Both the position numbers and the translations under genes were made by a program. A stretch of 64,000 nucleotides of DNA, from positions 480,001-544,000 of the forward strand of contig CAWJAX010000003.1 in the NCBI GenBank assembly GCA_963841015.1, given 5' to 3'. Shown piece after piece: positions 1 through 9,927 of this stretch; the stretch's first letter is position 1; the number at the start of each line of letters is the position of its first letter. The notes under the pieces were generated by a model that saw only the letters and a list, made by a program, of their open reading frames with translations, searched no databases and was not told the DNA's origin. This stretch comes from an uncultured Methanoregulaceae archaeon (lineage in GTDB: Archaea > Halobacteriota > Methanomicrobia > Methanomicrobiales > Methanospirillaceae).

Positions 1-121
1 TTGCACCGGGATACGGATTTTTCTCCAGGAGAAGAATACTGTGCCCCGGCATACCAGCATGGAGCGCACAGAACAGCCCGGCAGGGCCTGCACCGATTAC
101 GACAACGTCATGCTGTTCCAT
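1..121 (-). CDS. NAD(P)/FAD-dependent oxidoreductase (HI0933/BaiN-like), N-terminus only; gene runs off the window
   Basis: Manual translation MEQHDVVVIGAGPAGLFCALHAGMPGHSILLLEKNPYPGA shows a Rossmann GxGxxG motif followed by LEK. Confidence 0.8.
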   Translation of the reverse strand, partial: MEQHDVVVIGAGPAGLFCALHAGMPGHSILLLEKNPYPGA

Positions 122-237
122 GAGATCACTCTTTAAACTATAATACAGTCAATTTCTCAAGATATATCGTCATTGCATCCCAAGCAAAATGAAAGTGTCA
201 TATCCCAAAATCATTTCACAAAAATATTTGAAAATAT

Positions 238-388
238 GAGCAAGCCCACCCTGTTCGGGGGTTGTTCTGCCTCCTCATCGGGGTTTCGCCGGGCAAGAAT
301 GTTGTTAAAATCTTTGATTTATAGAGGGGTCAAAGGGGCACATCCCATTGGCTGCCTCCCCCTTTGGGGGAGAGAGGGGGTCACCCTC
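238..388. repeat. GC-rich palindromic REP-like intergenic element
   Basis: Stacked hairpins such as CTCCCCC-TTT-GGGGGAG within GAGGGGT...ACCCTC; CCTGTTCGGGGGTT is shared with repeat module A. Confidence 0.45.
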
Positions 389-513
389 GCAAATCAGAAA
401 AATTTTTGGCGTCGGATAGGTTTTTTTTGCAGCAACAGAGTGAAATAAATTCTGGATATCCCCCAAGTAAAATGAAAGACTATTAATAATAAAATCTGGA
501 TAAAAAAACATAG

Positions 514-1638
514 ATGAACAGGGAAAACGCCGGGGAAGAAAATAACCTTCAGGATATGCTCCGGGAATATCAGGAGAAGTACCGTATCCTGACTGATCTG
601 ATGCCCCTTGGGGCATTCCGGCTCGGTCCCGCCCCGGATTACCGTGTCCTGACAGCAAACCGGATGTTTCCCCGGATGCTGGGATTTGATTCGGGGGATG
701 TCATAGAAGGAGTACCATTAAAGGATCTGATGATCGACCCTTCACACTGGCAGCAGATTGAAACTGATCTTATCCGGGATGGATCGGTCACCCAGCGTGA
801 ACTGCAGCTGAAGCAAAAGGAAGGGTCAGGAATTCTGGTGGCGCTCAATGCCCGGGCTGTGCCCGATTCTGATGCGCCGATTGCATGGATTGATGGTGTG
901 GCAGAAGACGTGACGGAACGTAAGGTGCTCGAGATGGAGATGCACTATCACGAAGCCGAAGTGAACCGTTACGCTCTTGCACTCACCCGGGCAAATGAAA
1001 AACTGAACCTGCTCTCGAGCATTACCCGTCACGATATCCTGAACCAGCTGACAGCACTTTCCGGGTACCTGGAGTTGATGGATGAAGGTCCCAAAAGCCC
1101 CCAAATCCAGAAATATATTGAGATCGAGAAAAGAATTGCTGAAACAATAAAAAAACAGATCCAGTTCACCAAAGACTATCATGAGATTGGCGTCCAGTCT
1201 CCCCAATGGTATAATGTGAAAAAAACGATTGAGACGGCAACGGCACCTCTTCCCCTTCCCCAGGGGACGCTGGTGATCTCTTTAGAAAATGTCAGTATCT
1301 ATGCAGATCCTCTGCTTGAGAAGGTTTTTTATAATCTTGTCGAGAACGCACTCCGGTATGGCAGGGAACCCATAAGGATTACCTTCTCCTCATGCCAGCA
1401 CGGAGACAATATTTCTATTGTCTGTGAAGATAACGGTCAGGGGGTTCCTGATGAATTCAAAGAGGCGATCTTCAGACGACAATACTTCAAACATACCGGT
1501 TTCGGGCTCTTTCTTTCCCGGGAGATACTGGGAATCACCGGCCTCTCGATTCGCGAGAGCGGTGAACCGGGCAAAGGAGCACGGTTTGAGATCACGGTAC
1601 CTCAGGGATATTTCCACATCGAAAATCAGACCGGATAA
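514..1638 (+). CDS. PAS-domain sensor histidine kinase
   Basis: PAS (EDVTERK), H-box ITRHDILNQL, N-box NLVENA, G boxes DNGQGV and GFGLF. Confidence 0.93.
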   Translation: MNRENAGEENNLQDMLREYQEKYRILTDLMPLGAFRLGPAPDYRVLTANRMFPRMLGFDSGDVIEGVPLKDLMIDPSHWQQIETDLIRDGSVTQRELQLKQKEGSGILVALNARAVPDSDAPIAWIDGVAEDVTERKVLEMEMHYHEAEVNRYALALTRANEKLNLLSSITRHDILNQLTALSGYLELMDEGPKSPQIQKYIEIEKRIAETIKKQIQFTKDYHEIGVQSPQWYNVKKTIETATAPLPLPQGTLVISLENVSIYADPLLEKVFYNLVENALRYGREPIRITFSSCQHGDNISIVCEDNGQGVPDEFKEAIFRRQYFKHTGFGLFLSREILGITGLSIRESGEPGKGARFEITVPQGYFHIENQTG

Positions 1639-1728
1639 ATACAGGTACTGTAACCCATTTCTTTGAATTCTCACACTTTTTTTTGTGCAATACCCTTAAC
1701 CTGTACCAGCACCAACCCCGGAGTACTC

Positions 1729-3105
1729 ATGGTCACTGAACGCGAAAAGAAGGTCATCCTCCTTGTCGCATGCCTTGCATCATTTCTCGTTCCCTATACC
1801 GGCTCATCCATCACCGTTGCACTGCCAGCTATCGCAGCGGAGTTCAACGCGGACGCGGTAACGCTGGGCTGGATTACCTCTGCATATATTGTTTCTGCCG
1901 CACTTTTTATTGTCCCGTTTGGGCGTCTTGCTGATATTATCGGGCGTAAAAAGATCTTTGTACTGGGTGTCCTGATCTTTACGGTCGCATCCCTTGCATC
2001 TGCGCTCGCACCCGCAGCAGGAATCCTGATTGCCGCAAGATTCGTCCAGGGAATCGGGGGTGCAATGATCTTTGCCACATCAGTTGCGATGGTGACACAG
2101 GTCTACGGGCCCGGCGAACGCGGCTGGGCGCTGGGGATGACTATCGCGACGGTGTATGCCGGACTCTCATTAGGGCCGTTCCTCGGCGGTATTCTTACGG
2201 ATCATTTCGGGTGGCCGTCAATCTTCCTGATTAACGTACCGCTCGGGCTAGCAACAATCGCCCTTACGCTGAAGGGTGTTCCGCATGAATGGGCTGATGC
2301 ATCCGGTGAACGTTTTGACCTGTATGGATCGGTTGTGTACGGGATCATGCTGTTTTGCGTAATTTTTGGCATGCTCCTGCTTCCCGATCCTGTTACACTA
2401 CTTTGGATTTTTGCGGGAGGATGCGCTTTTGCCATTTTTATCTGGTGGGAAAAACGCTGCACCAGTCCCCTGCTAAATCTTTCCATCTTTTCAAAAAACC
2501 GTACCTTCCTCTTTTCCAACATTGCGGCGATGATCAATTACGGTGCTACCTTTGCTGTGGCAGTACTGCTGTCGCTCTACCTTCAGTACATCCGGGGATA
2601 TTCAGCAGAAACAGCAGGGTTCATTCTTGTTGCCCAGCCGGTTGTGCAGATGATCTTCTCGCCCCTTGCCGGAAGATTATCAGACAGGGTTGAGCCTCAG
2701 ATCGTTGCAACCACAGGTATGGCCATTACAGCGCTGGGGCTCTCATTTTTTATCTTTTTAACACCGGTTACACCACTCTATCAGATCATCATCAGTCTGA
2801 TGGTTCTTGGTTTTGGGTATGCACTCTTCTCCTCACCGAATACCAATGCAATCATGAGTTCGGTCAATATCCGCCATCTCGGGATCGCATCCAGTATGAA
2901 CGCAACCATGCGATCGCTCGGGCAGGTACTCTCTATGGCAATCGCTATGTTCTGTTTCTCGGTTTTTATCGGGAGCGTCGCAATCACTCCGCCAGTCTAT
3001 CCCGCACTTCTTACCAGCATAACTGTTGCATTCCTGATCTTCACGTGCCTCTGCATCGCAGGGGTAGGGATATCGTATGTACGGGATACCATCCATAATT
3101 CATAA
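1729..3105 (+). CDS. MFS transporter (DHA2/EmrB-like, 14 TM)
   Basis: Motif A GRLADIIGRKK and many TM helices; start placed at MVTER. Confidence 0.92.
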   Translation: MVTEREKKVILLVACLASFLVPYTGSSITVALPAIAAEFNADAVTLGWITSAYIVSAALFIVPFGRLADIIGRKKIFVLGVLIFTVASLASALAPAAGILIAARFVQGIGGAMIFATSVAMVTQVYGPGERGWALGMTIATVYAGLSLGPFLGGILTDHFGWPSIFLINVPLGLATIALTLKGVPHEWADASGERFDLYGSVVYGIMLFCVIFGMLLLPDPVTLLWIFAGGCAFAIFIWWEKRCTSPLLNLSIFSKNRTFLFSNIAAMINYGATFAVAVLLSLYLQYIRGYSAETAGFILVAQPVVQMIFSPLAGRLSDRVEPQIVATTGMAITALGLSFFIFLTPVTPLYQIIISLMVLGFGYALFSSPNTNAIMSSVNIRHLGIASSMNATMRSLGQVLSMAIAMFCFSVFIGSVAITPPVYPALLTSITVAFLIFTCLCIAGVGISYVRDTIHNS

Positions 3106-3174
3106 ATCCGCCCAATTATATTACGCCCGGCGAGTGCTGTTCATGATAATTAAAAAGAAGAGGGCGCAGGATTC

Positions 3175-3456
3175 TTACGCGTGACGGCCTTTTGCCTTTT
3201 TTCGCAGGGCTTCAGTATAATGATGGCGCAGTTCCGCAGTTTCTTCGGGGCTGAAATCGGGTTTCTTCGTTGTATGAAGATGTTTTTCCATCTGTTTTAC
3301 GATATGTTCTGCTTCAAGATAATGTTCAACTTCCAGGTAAGCCGGCGCTTTGACAACCTCGTGTGCGTGTCCGCAGACAGGGCAGAGCTTCCATTTCTGG
3401 AAACGATCCACGTACGTGAAAGTCCTGCAGGACGGGCACCGGATAATGAGGTACAT
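3175..3456 (-). CDS. DUF1922-like zinc-ribbon protein
   Basis: MYLIIRCPSC...CPVCG, two CxxC pairs. Confidence 0.75.
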   Translation of the reverse strand: MYLIIRCPSCRTFTYVDRFQKWKLCPVCGHAHEVVKAPAYLEVEHYLEAEHIVKQMEKHLHTTKKPDFSPEETAELRHHYTEALRKKAKGRHA

Positions 3457-3515
3457 TACAAGGAGGTGATGCGTGTTATCCTGATAAAAATATATCGGCT
3501 GATTGTTATAATTAC

Positions 3516-3767
3516 GGTTCTGGAAATTCGGCTCTGTTGAATTCCTTTTCCCTTGATATGAAATTCAGGATGCGGGTACGAATGATGGAGGGGACATGAG
3601 CCTGTCCCCCCATGCCACCCCTGCGCTGAGCGATGATGACGTAGCAGCTGTCCGGGAGTTATCGCAGAGGGGGAGCCACAGGCCCTGATGCAGAGATCCA
3701 TCGAATATAATACGATTTTCATGATGCGAGGGGGGACCTGCAGGTTCATACCCGTTTCTCCAGAACC
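3516..3767 (+). repeat. Structured intergenic repeat copy 1 (module A + end of B + module C, with inverted termini)
   Basis: 3553-3681 aligns to 37983-38108; 3681-3759 aligns to ~38308-38387; termini GGTTCTGGAAA and TTTCTCCAGAACC. Confidence 0.85.
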
Positions 3768-3880
3768 TGATGTCATGATGAGGTAATGTACCCGCGAAAA
3801 GATCGGAAGGTGAAGATCTTCAAATGAGGGATGCGTACCGAAACTCCTTTATTATCAGATCGTCTCATAGAACTGTTACT

Positions 3881-4633
3881 ATGGAGCAGATTCAGGTCAT
3901 GGGTGTGCAGGGGCTTCCCCTCATTCATGCAGGTGACGATATTGCAGCGATGATTTGTGAACGGTTACCGCTGCAGGATGGCGATATTCTCTGCATTGCC
4001 TCAACGATATACTCAAAATCAAAAGGGTACACACAACCTCTCGCAACCATCACCCCGTCAGAACGGGCACAACGGCTCGCGAACCTGAACGGTGAGGACC
4101 CCCGGTTTGTCCAGGCAGTGCTTGACGCATCGTCAGATATTATCATGGAACACCCGTTCATCCTCTCTGAACTTTCCTTCGGCCATATTGGAGTCCGGGC
4201 GGGCGTCGACCAGAGCAATATCGAGGATGGGATGGTGATCTTCCTCCCACCGGACCCGATGAACGCCGCACAGGAACTACGGGATCAATTAAGAAACCGG
4301 GTTTCCCGGGATGTGGGTGTTATCATTACCGATACCTGCGGAAGATCATTCCGGCGAGGGCAGACCGGCAATGCAATAGGGTGGAGCGGGTTTACCGCGA
4401 TACGGGACTTCCGCGGGGATACCGATCTGTTCGGACATGTCCTCAAGATAACTGAAGAAGCAGTAGTGGATGAGATTGCCGGCTTTGCAAACTTCGTCAT
4501 GGGCGAGAGCAATAATGGTGTCCCTGCAGTTGTCTTTCGCAACTGCCCGAAATGGTCAGGTCATGACAATCTCTATTTCCGGAATGAGGAGGACATTACA
4601 AAACGTGTGCTGAAAAAAGAATGGTGCCATTAA
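3881..4633 (+). CDS. cofE: Coenzyme F420-0:L-glutamate ligase
   Basis: LPLIHAGDD, AGVDQSN, IITDTCGRSFRRGQ, DFRGDTDLFG, DEIAG. Confidence 0.95.
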   Translation: MEQIQVMGVQGLPLIHAGDDIAAMICERLPLQDGDILCIASTIYSKSKGYTQPLATITPSERAQRLANLNGEDPRFVQAVLDASSDIIMEHPFILSELSFGHIGVRAGVDQSNIEDGMVIFLPPDPMNAAQELRDQLRNRVSRDVGVIITDTCGRSFRRGQTGNAIGWSGFTAIRDFRGDTDLFGHVLKITEEAVVDEIAGFANFVMGESNNGVPAVVFRNCPKWSGHDNLYFRNEEDITKRVLKKEWCH

Positions 4634-4667
4634 TGTATGGAAAAAAAATACGGTAAAATAAAGGGAG

Positions 4668-4838
4668 TTATAATTTCGTTGCGAACATCATATCCAGGAT
4701 CAAAATGATAATCCCGACCGCTGCTGCGACTGCCATCACGGTTATAGGACTGATATGAATAGCCCGCCGGTCTTCACTCTCGTAATAGTTGACGAGACCG
4801 GCTGAGGAGAGTAATCTGCCACCTTGTTTCTTTGCCAT
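4668..4838 (-). CDS. secG: Preprotein translocase Sec61beta/SecG subunit (56 aa, absent from the ORF track)
   Basis: Manual translation MAKKQGGRLLSSAGLVNYYESEDRRAIHISPITVMAVAAAVGIIILILDMMFATKL has the SSAGLxxYY motif and a C-terminal TM. Confidence 0.92.
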   Translation of the reverse strand: MAKKQGGRLLSSAGLVNYYESEDRRAIHISPITVMAVAAAVGIIILILDMMFATKL

Positions 4839-4883
4839 GCAAATATATTTCGTTTTTCAATATATAAAGGAGAGTAACGGCGT

Positions 4884-5924
4884 ATGAAAAACATCCCGCA
4901 CATGGTTTCCGGACAAGCATTCATCGGGGAGGATCTTGTACTCAGGCCGGTCGATATTGTTATTGAGCGCGGTCTCATTACGGCAATCGAAGAAAACCCA
5001 AAGGCACCCGGGATATGGATCTGCCCGGCATTTTTTAATGCACATACGCATCTTGGGGATACCATTGCAATGGACTGCGGGGTAAACGGAGATCTCGTGT
5101 CCATGGTCACTCCACCTGATGGACTGAAACACCGCCTGCTGGCTGCCGCTTCTCATCAGGATCTGGTCACAGGGATGCGTTCAAGCATTCTTGGGATGAT
5201 AGCCGGGGGTACAGCCGGGTGTGCAGATTTCCGTGAATGCGGGGTTACCGGTGTTTCAGAACTCAGAGAAGCAGCAGAGGGGTTGGCATTCCGGCCGCTC
5301 ATATTCGGACGTGACGGGGGTGAGGCAGTTGCTGACGGACTGGGGATCAGCAGCACACGTGATATCCAGGATGCCGATTCACGGGTAGCAGAAGCACGAC
5401 GTGCAGGGAAAAAAATTGCCCTGCATGCCGGTGAACGGGATGCTGCGGATGTGGATGAGGCGCTGGCTCTCGACCCGGATCTTCTCATTCACTGCACCCA
5501 TGCAACAAAAAAACAACTCCGCGAATGTGCAGACAGACAGATTCCGATTGCAGTCTGTCCCCGGTCCAACTGGGCACTCGGGGTTACTTCATCACCTCAT
5601 CACCCTCCCCTGCAGATTATGCAGGATCTGGGGTGCATAATTGCTCTGGGTACTGACAATGTGATGTTTGTGCCTCCGGATATGTTATCTGAGATGGCTT
5701 TTACTTCCACGGTGTACCGGATTGATCCAAAAATCCTGCTGCATGCTGCAGTTTGCGGATCTGAGCTGACCGGGACCTCATTTTTTATCAGGACAGGCGT
5801 GAGGGCAAACCTTTTCACTCTGGATCCGGCACAATCCTCTCTTCATTTCAGCCGCGATCCGGTTACATCTATCATAAAAAGGGCTCCTTATTGCAAAATA
5901 AGCCATAACGTTTTTAATTTGTAA
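4884..5924 (+). CDS. Amidohydrolase family (deaminase-like) protein
   Basis: NAHTHLGD, HAGE, IHCTH, LGTDN metal-binding motifs. Confidence 0.9.
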   Translation: MKNIPHMVSGQAFIGEDLVLRPVDIVIERGLITAIEENPKAPGIWICPAFFNAHTHLGDTIAMDCGVNGDLVSMVTPPDGLKHRLLAAASHQDLVTGMRSSILGMIAGGTAGCADFRECGVTGVSELREAAEGLAFRPLIFGRDGGEAVADGLGISSTRDIQDADSRVAEARRAGKKIALHAGERDAADVDEALALDPDLLIHCTHATKKQLRECADRQIPIAVCPRSNWALGVTSSPHHPPLQIMQDLGCIIALGTDNVMFVPPDMLSEMAFTSTVYRIDPKILLHAAVCGSELTGTSFFIRTGVRANLFTLDPAQSSLHFSRDPVTSIIKRAPYCKISHNVFNL

Positions 5925-5956
5925 ATCCAATAAAAGAGCCATGTTTGTTGTGGGTG

Positions 5957-6391
5957 ATGCCAGTGTTTACTAACATACTTGTCGCACTTGATGGATCGGA
6001 GGTAAGCCAGCGCGCGCTTATTCGGGCCGCTGAAGAGGCGAAATTATGGAATGCAAATCTCCATGTCATATATGTAGTAGAGACCGGACTCTTCTCTTCC
6101 CTCCCCCTGGATAATACTGTTGAAATCATGTACAGCGTCCTCGAAAAAGAGGGCAACGAGGTTTTAGAGAGAGCAAAAAAGTACGGTGCTGACAAGGGTA
6201 TCGCAGTTACCACTCACATGGAACAGGGACATGCCGGAAGCGAGATTGTTGCTCTTGCAGAACGGGAAAAGATCGACCTCATTATGGTCGGTTCTCATGG
6301 CAAGAGTAATTCCGATCGCCTCCTTATTGGCAGTGTCAGCACATTCGTAATCACCCACAGCCCAGTATCGACCATGGTGGTGAGATCATAA
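5957..6391 (+). CDS. Universal stress protein (UspA family)
   Basis: ILVALDGSE, DLIMVGSHG, LLIGSVS. Confidence 0.93.
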   Translation: MPVFTNILVALDGSEVSQRALIRAAEEAKLWNANLHVIYVVETGLFSSLPLDNTVEIMYSVLEKEGNEVLERAKKYGADKGIAVTTHMEQGHAGSEIVALAEREKIDLIMVGSHGKSNSDRLLIGSVSTFVITHSPVSTMVVRS

Positions 6392-6396
6392 CAGAG

Positions 6397-7245
6397 ATGG
6401 TTGTCAAAGACTACATGACATCTGACGTAGTTCACGTCGAAATCCCGGGAAACCGTGACGATGTCTTAAAAATACTCAAGCGAACAGGAATCTCCGGTGT
6501 ACCCGTAATCAAGAACAATAAGATCGTTGGCATCATCACGCGAAAGGATCTGTTGAGAAAACCCGAAGAAGTCCAGCTCGGGCTCCTGATGACGCCCAAA
6601 CCCATCACCATTAAACCGGATACCGATATCCGTGAGGCCGCCCGCATCCTGATCACCCGCCGCATCCGCAGGCTCCCGGTTGTGGAAGATGGTCATCTGG
6701 TCGGGCTCCTCTCTGTTGCAGATCTTATGCAGGCAATCGCCAAGCTCAAGATAAAAGACGAGATCAAGGATAAGTATACCAGCCTGACATTTGCGCTCTG
6801 GGAAGAGACGCCCCTCCCGGTTGTCGGGAGAGTTATGGAAATATCCGGTGTCGATGCAATCCCCATTCTTGATGCCGAAAACCGGCTGCAGGGAATCATA
6901 TCCGAGCGGGACCTCATCCGAAATTCAAGTATTGAAGATAGTGTCGGCGTAAGTGATTTCTCCAATGGCACTGATGACGATGAATGGACCTGGGAAAGTA
7001 TCCGGGACAACCACACCATAAGCTTCGGAATATCAAAAGTCCAGCTCCCGAACCGCCCGGTCAAACTTGCCATGGTAAAAAATGTCCTCTCTGTTCCGGT
7101 AAATGCTGAAGTCAGTGAGTGCGCTCTCAAAATGCGCCGTGCACGGGTGGACCAGATTCCGGTGGTAAACGGCGATAAACGTCTCGTTGCAATGCTCTAT
7201 GACCGGGAACTTATCCGGGCTCTCTGCCAGGATCCGGTTGAATAA
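6397..7245 (+). CDS. CBS-domain protein (4 CBS)
   Basis: ISGVPV, IRRLPVV, DAIPIL, DQIPVV CBS repeats. Confidence 0.9.
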   Translation: MVVKDYMTSDVVHVEIPGNRDDVLKILKRTGISGVPVIKNNKIVGIITRKDLLRKPEEVQLGLLMTPKPITIKPDTDIREAARILITRRIRRLPVVEDGHLVGLLSVADLMQAIAKLKIKDEIKDKYTSLTFALWEETPLPVVGRVMEISGVDAIPILDAENRLQGIISERDLIRNSSIEDSVGVSDFSNGTDDDEWTWESIRDNHTISFGISKVQLPNRPVKLAMVKNVLSVPVNAEVSECALKMRRARVDQIPVVNGDKRLVAMLYDRELIRALCQDPVE

Positions 7246-7331
7246 AAACCTTTAAATTTCTCCATATCATTTAATAGCACAAGGCGCTTTTAAAGAATAT
7301 TTTGGCGTTTATTTGTTTTTGAGGTGTCAAT

Positions 7332-7973
7332 ATGCCTGAACAGTACCAGGAGTCCATGAAAGGGACGACAACTATTGGTCTCGTTTTTTCCAAGGGAGTG
7401 ATTCTCGCGACCGAGAAAAGGGCGACCATGGGCTACATGATCGCAAGCAAGAAAGCAAAAAAAGTATACCAGGTTGCCGACCGGATCGGTATGACAACAG
7501 CAGGCGGTGTCGGGGATGCCCAGCAGCTTGCCCGTATCCTGACCGTGGAGTGCAATCTCTACCAGATCCGCAGGTCACGACCGATTACGGTCGGAGCCAC
7601 GGCAACACTGCTCTCAAATTACCTGAACCAGAACCGGTATTTCCCGTATTATGTCCAGCTTCTTGTGGGTGGAATTGATGAGACCGGGCCGAGCGTTTAC
7701 TCAGTTGATGCAATGGGCGGCGCGACAAAGGAAGAAGAGATCGTTGCTACCGGATCAGGTTCTCCGATGGCGTATGGTGTACTTGAGGACCGGTTCCTCC
7801 CCAAAATGAGTGAAGATGAGGCAATAGACCTTGCAGTCCGGGGACTGAAATCTGCAATGAAGCGCGATGCAGGATCCGGTGAAGGTATCCACGTCGTGGT
7901 AATTACAAAAGACAAGTATGAGGAGTTAAGTGAGGATAAGCTCAAAAAGTATCTTGCCAAATCTCCCGCATGA
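7332..7973 (+). CDS. psmB: 20S proteasome beta subunit
   Basis: Propeptide followed by G|TTTIG, GSGS, RDAGSG. Confidence 0.97.
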   Translation: MPEQYQESMKGTTTIGLVFSKGVILATEKRATMGYMIASKKAKKVYQVADRIGMTTAGGVGDAQQLARILTVECNLYQIRRSRPITVGATATLLSNYLNQNRYFPYYVQLLVGGIDETGPSVYSVDAMGGATKEEEIVATGSGSPMAYGVLEDRFLPKMSEDEAIDLAVRGLKSAMKRDAGSGEGIHVVVITKDKYEELSEDKLKKYLAKSPA

Positions 7974-7999
7974 TCTTTTTTTATTAGGATGACTTTTTT

Positions 8000-9919
8000 A
8001 TGCTGATTGAAGAACGGCTCAAAGAGCTTAAAGACAAGATTAATGAAAAAGTGCCGAGCGGCATTACGGTTACGCAGGTTGAATTCGAAGGGCCCGAGCT
8101 TGTCATCTACACAGATGACCCGAAACGGTTTGCAGATGAGGCTGATTTAATCAAGATTCTCGCCCGCGATCTGCGGAAGCGGATTGTGGTCCGGCCTACG
8201 ATACTCGAAGATCCGGAAAAGGCATACAATGAAATCAAGTCAGTTGTACCGGAAACCGCCGGGATTACCGATATCTTTTTTGACGCAGATACCGGCGAAG
8301 TCCTGATTGAAGCGGAAAAACCCGGTGTTGTCATAGGTAAAAACGGCGCTACGTTACGGGAAATCACCAAACATATCGGCTGGACTCCCAAAGTTGTCCG
8401 GACACCTCCTATCGAAAGTTCGACCGTCAAACAGGTAAGGCAATACCTGCGCTCCGTAAATGAGGAACGCAAGCAGTTCCTTCGTACAATCGGCAGACGA
8501 ATACACCGGGATATACCAGGAAAAGACGATACCGGCAAGGACACGGTGAAAAAGGACCAGTGGGTCAGGGTTACCATGCTCGGGTGCTGCCGGGAAGTCG
8601 GGCGGGCTGCATTCCTGCTTACTACCCCTCACAGCCGTGTACTGATTGACTGCGGGGAAAAACCGGACAATTCAAACGGGACTCCCTATCTCTATGTCCC
8701 CGAGATTCATCCTCTTGCCCAGCTCGATGCGGTTGTACTGACCCATGCTCACCTCGACCACTGTGCACTTATTCCTCTCCTCTACAAATACGGTTACGAA
8801 GGCCCGGTCTATTCGACACCGCCAACCCGTGACCTCTCGGCCATGCTCCAGCTCGATTACCTTGACGTGATCCACAAGGAAGACCGGAAAGTCCCCTACT
8901 CCTCAAATGAGGTCAAGACCTATATCCGGCACTCAATTACCCTTAATTATGGCAGCGTGACGGATATTGCCCCCGATATCAAACTCACCTTCCACAATGC
9001 CGGTCATATCCTGGGCTCGGCTATTGTCCACTTTCATATCGGTGACGGTTTGTACAATATTGCCTTCACCGGTGATTTCAACTACAGCAAGAGCCGCCTT
9101 TTCAACCCGGCAATCAACCAGTTCCCCCGGCTTGAAGCGCTCTTTATGGAGAGCACCTATGGGGGCTCAAATGATTTCCAGCCCGCCCGTTCGGATGCAG
9201 AAACAAAGTTATATGAAACGATCAATACCGTACTCTCCCGTGGCGGCAAGGTAATCATCCCTGCGTTCTCTGTCGGGCGATCCCAGGAAGTCATGCTCGC
9301 CCTTGAAGAAGGGATGCGTCTTGATAAAATCCCGAAAGGAAAGATCTATCTTGATGGAATGATCCGTGAGGCAACGGCAATCCACACCACCTATCCCGAA
9401 TACCTGAACACTGAACTCCGCAACCTGATCTTCCGTGAAGGCATGAACCCGTTCCTTGCCGAATGTTTCCAGCAGGTCGACAGTCAGGAACTGCGTGAAA
9501 AAGTGATGAACGGCGATCCGTGCGTGATAATTTCTACCAGCGGTATGCTGAATGGCGGACCGGTCATGGAGTATCTCCAGAACCTTGCACAGGAAGAGAA
9601 GAATGCTCTGGTTTTTGTCGGGTACCAGGCAGATGGCACCTATGGGAGGCGTATCCAGAAAGGATGGCGTGAGGTGCCGATGGGGCGCAAAGGTACCATT
9701 ACCATTAACCTTGAGATCGTTACTATTGACGGTTTTTCCGGTCACTCGGACCGTCGCCAGCTGATGAACTATATCGGTCAGATCCAGCCGCGTCCTGAGA
9801 AGATCTTCTGCATCCACGGAGATGAGAATAACACCATCGATCTCGCCAGTTCCATATACAAACGGTATCATATTGAGACGCACTCGCCGATGAATCTTGA
9901 AACGTACAGAATGGTCTGA
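8000..9919 (+). CDS. fttA: beta-CASP ribonuclease aCPSF1 / termination factor FttA
   Basis: N-terminal KH domains (VIGKNG), THAHLDH, AGHILGS, GFSGHSD; known synteny downstream of psmB. Confidence 0.96.
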   Translation: MLIEERLKELKDKINEKVPSGITVTQVEFEGPELVIYTDDPKRFADEADLIKILARDLRKRIVVRPTILEDPEKAYNEIKSVVPETAGITDIFFDADTGEVLIEAEKPGVVIGKNGATLREITKHIGWTPKVVRTPPIESSTVKQVRQYLRSVNEERKQFLRTIGRRIHRDIPGKDDTGKDTVKKDQWVRVTMLGCCREVGRAAFLLTTPHSRVLIDCGEKPDNSNGTPYLYVPEIHPLAQLDAVVLTHAHLDHCALIPLLYKYGYEGPVYSTPPTRDLSAMLQLDYLDVIHKEDRKVPYSSNEVKTYIRHSITLNYGSVTDIAPDIKLTFHNAGHILGSAIVHFHIGDGLYNIAFTGDFNYSKSRLFNPAINQFPRLEALFMESTYGGSNDFQPARSDAETKLYETINTVLSRGGKVIIPAFSVGRSQEVMLALEEGMRLDKIPKGKIYLDGMIREATAIHTTYPEYLNTELRNLIFREGMNPFLAECFQQVDSQELREKVMNGDPCVIISTSGMLNGGPVMEYLQNLAQEEKNALVFVGYQADGTYGRRIQKGWREVPMGRKGTITINLEIVTIDGFSGHSDRRQLMNYIGQIQPRPEKIFCIHGDENNTIDLASSIYKRYHIETHSPMNLETYRMV

Positions 9920-9927
9920 CGGTACCC

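Noticed and set aside
173-658. Short ORFs 173-448 and 305-658; likewise 3456-3776, 12064-12279, 16194-16478, 19119-19391 and 31199-31426
   Set aside because: They overlap the structured intergenic repeats or real genes and have no coding features.
514-1638. Histidine kinase without an adjacent response regulator
   Set aside because: Orphan PAS kinases are common in Methanomicrobiales.
7332-9919. psmB-aCPSF1 linkage
   Set aside because: Well-known conserved archaeal synteny.
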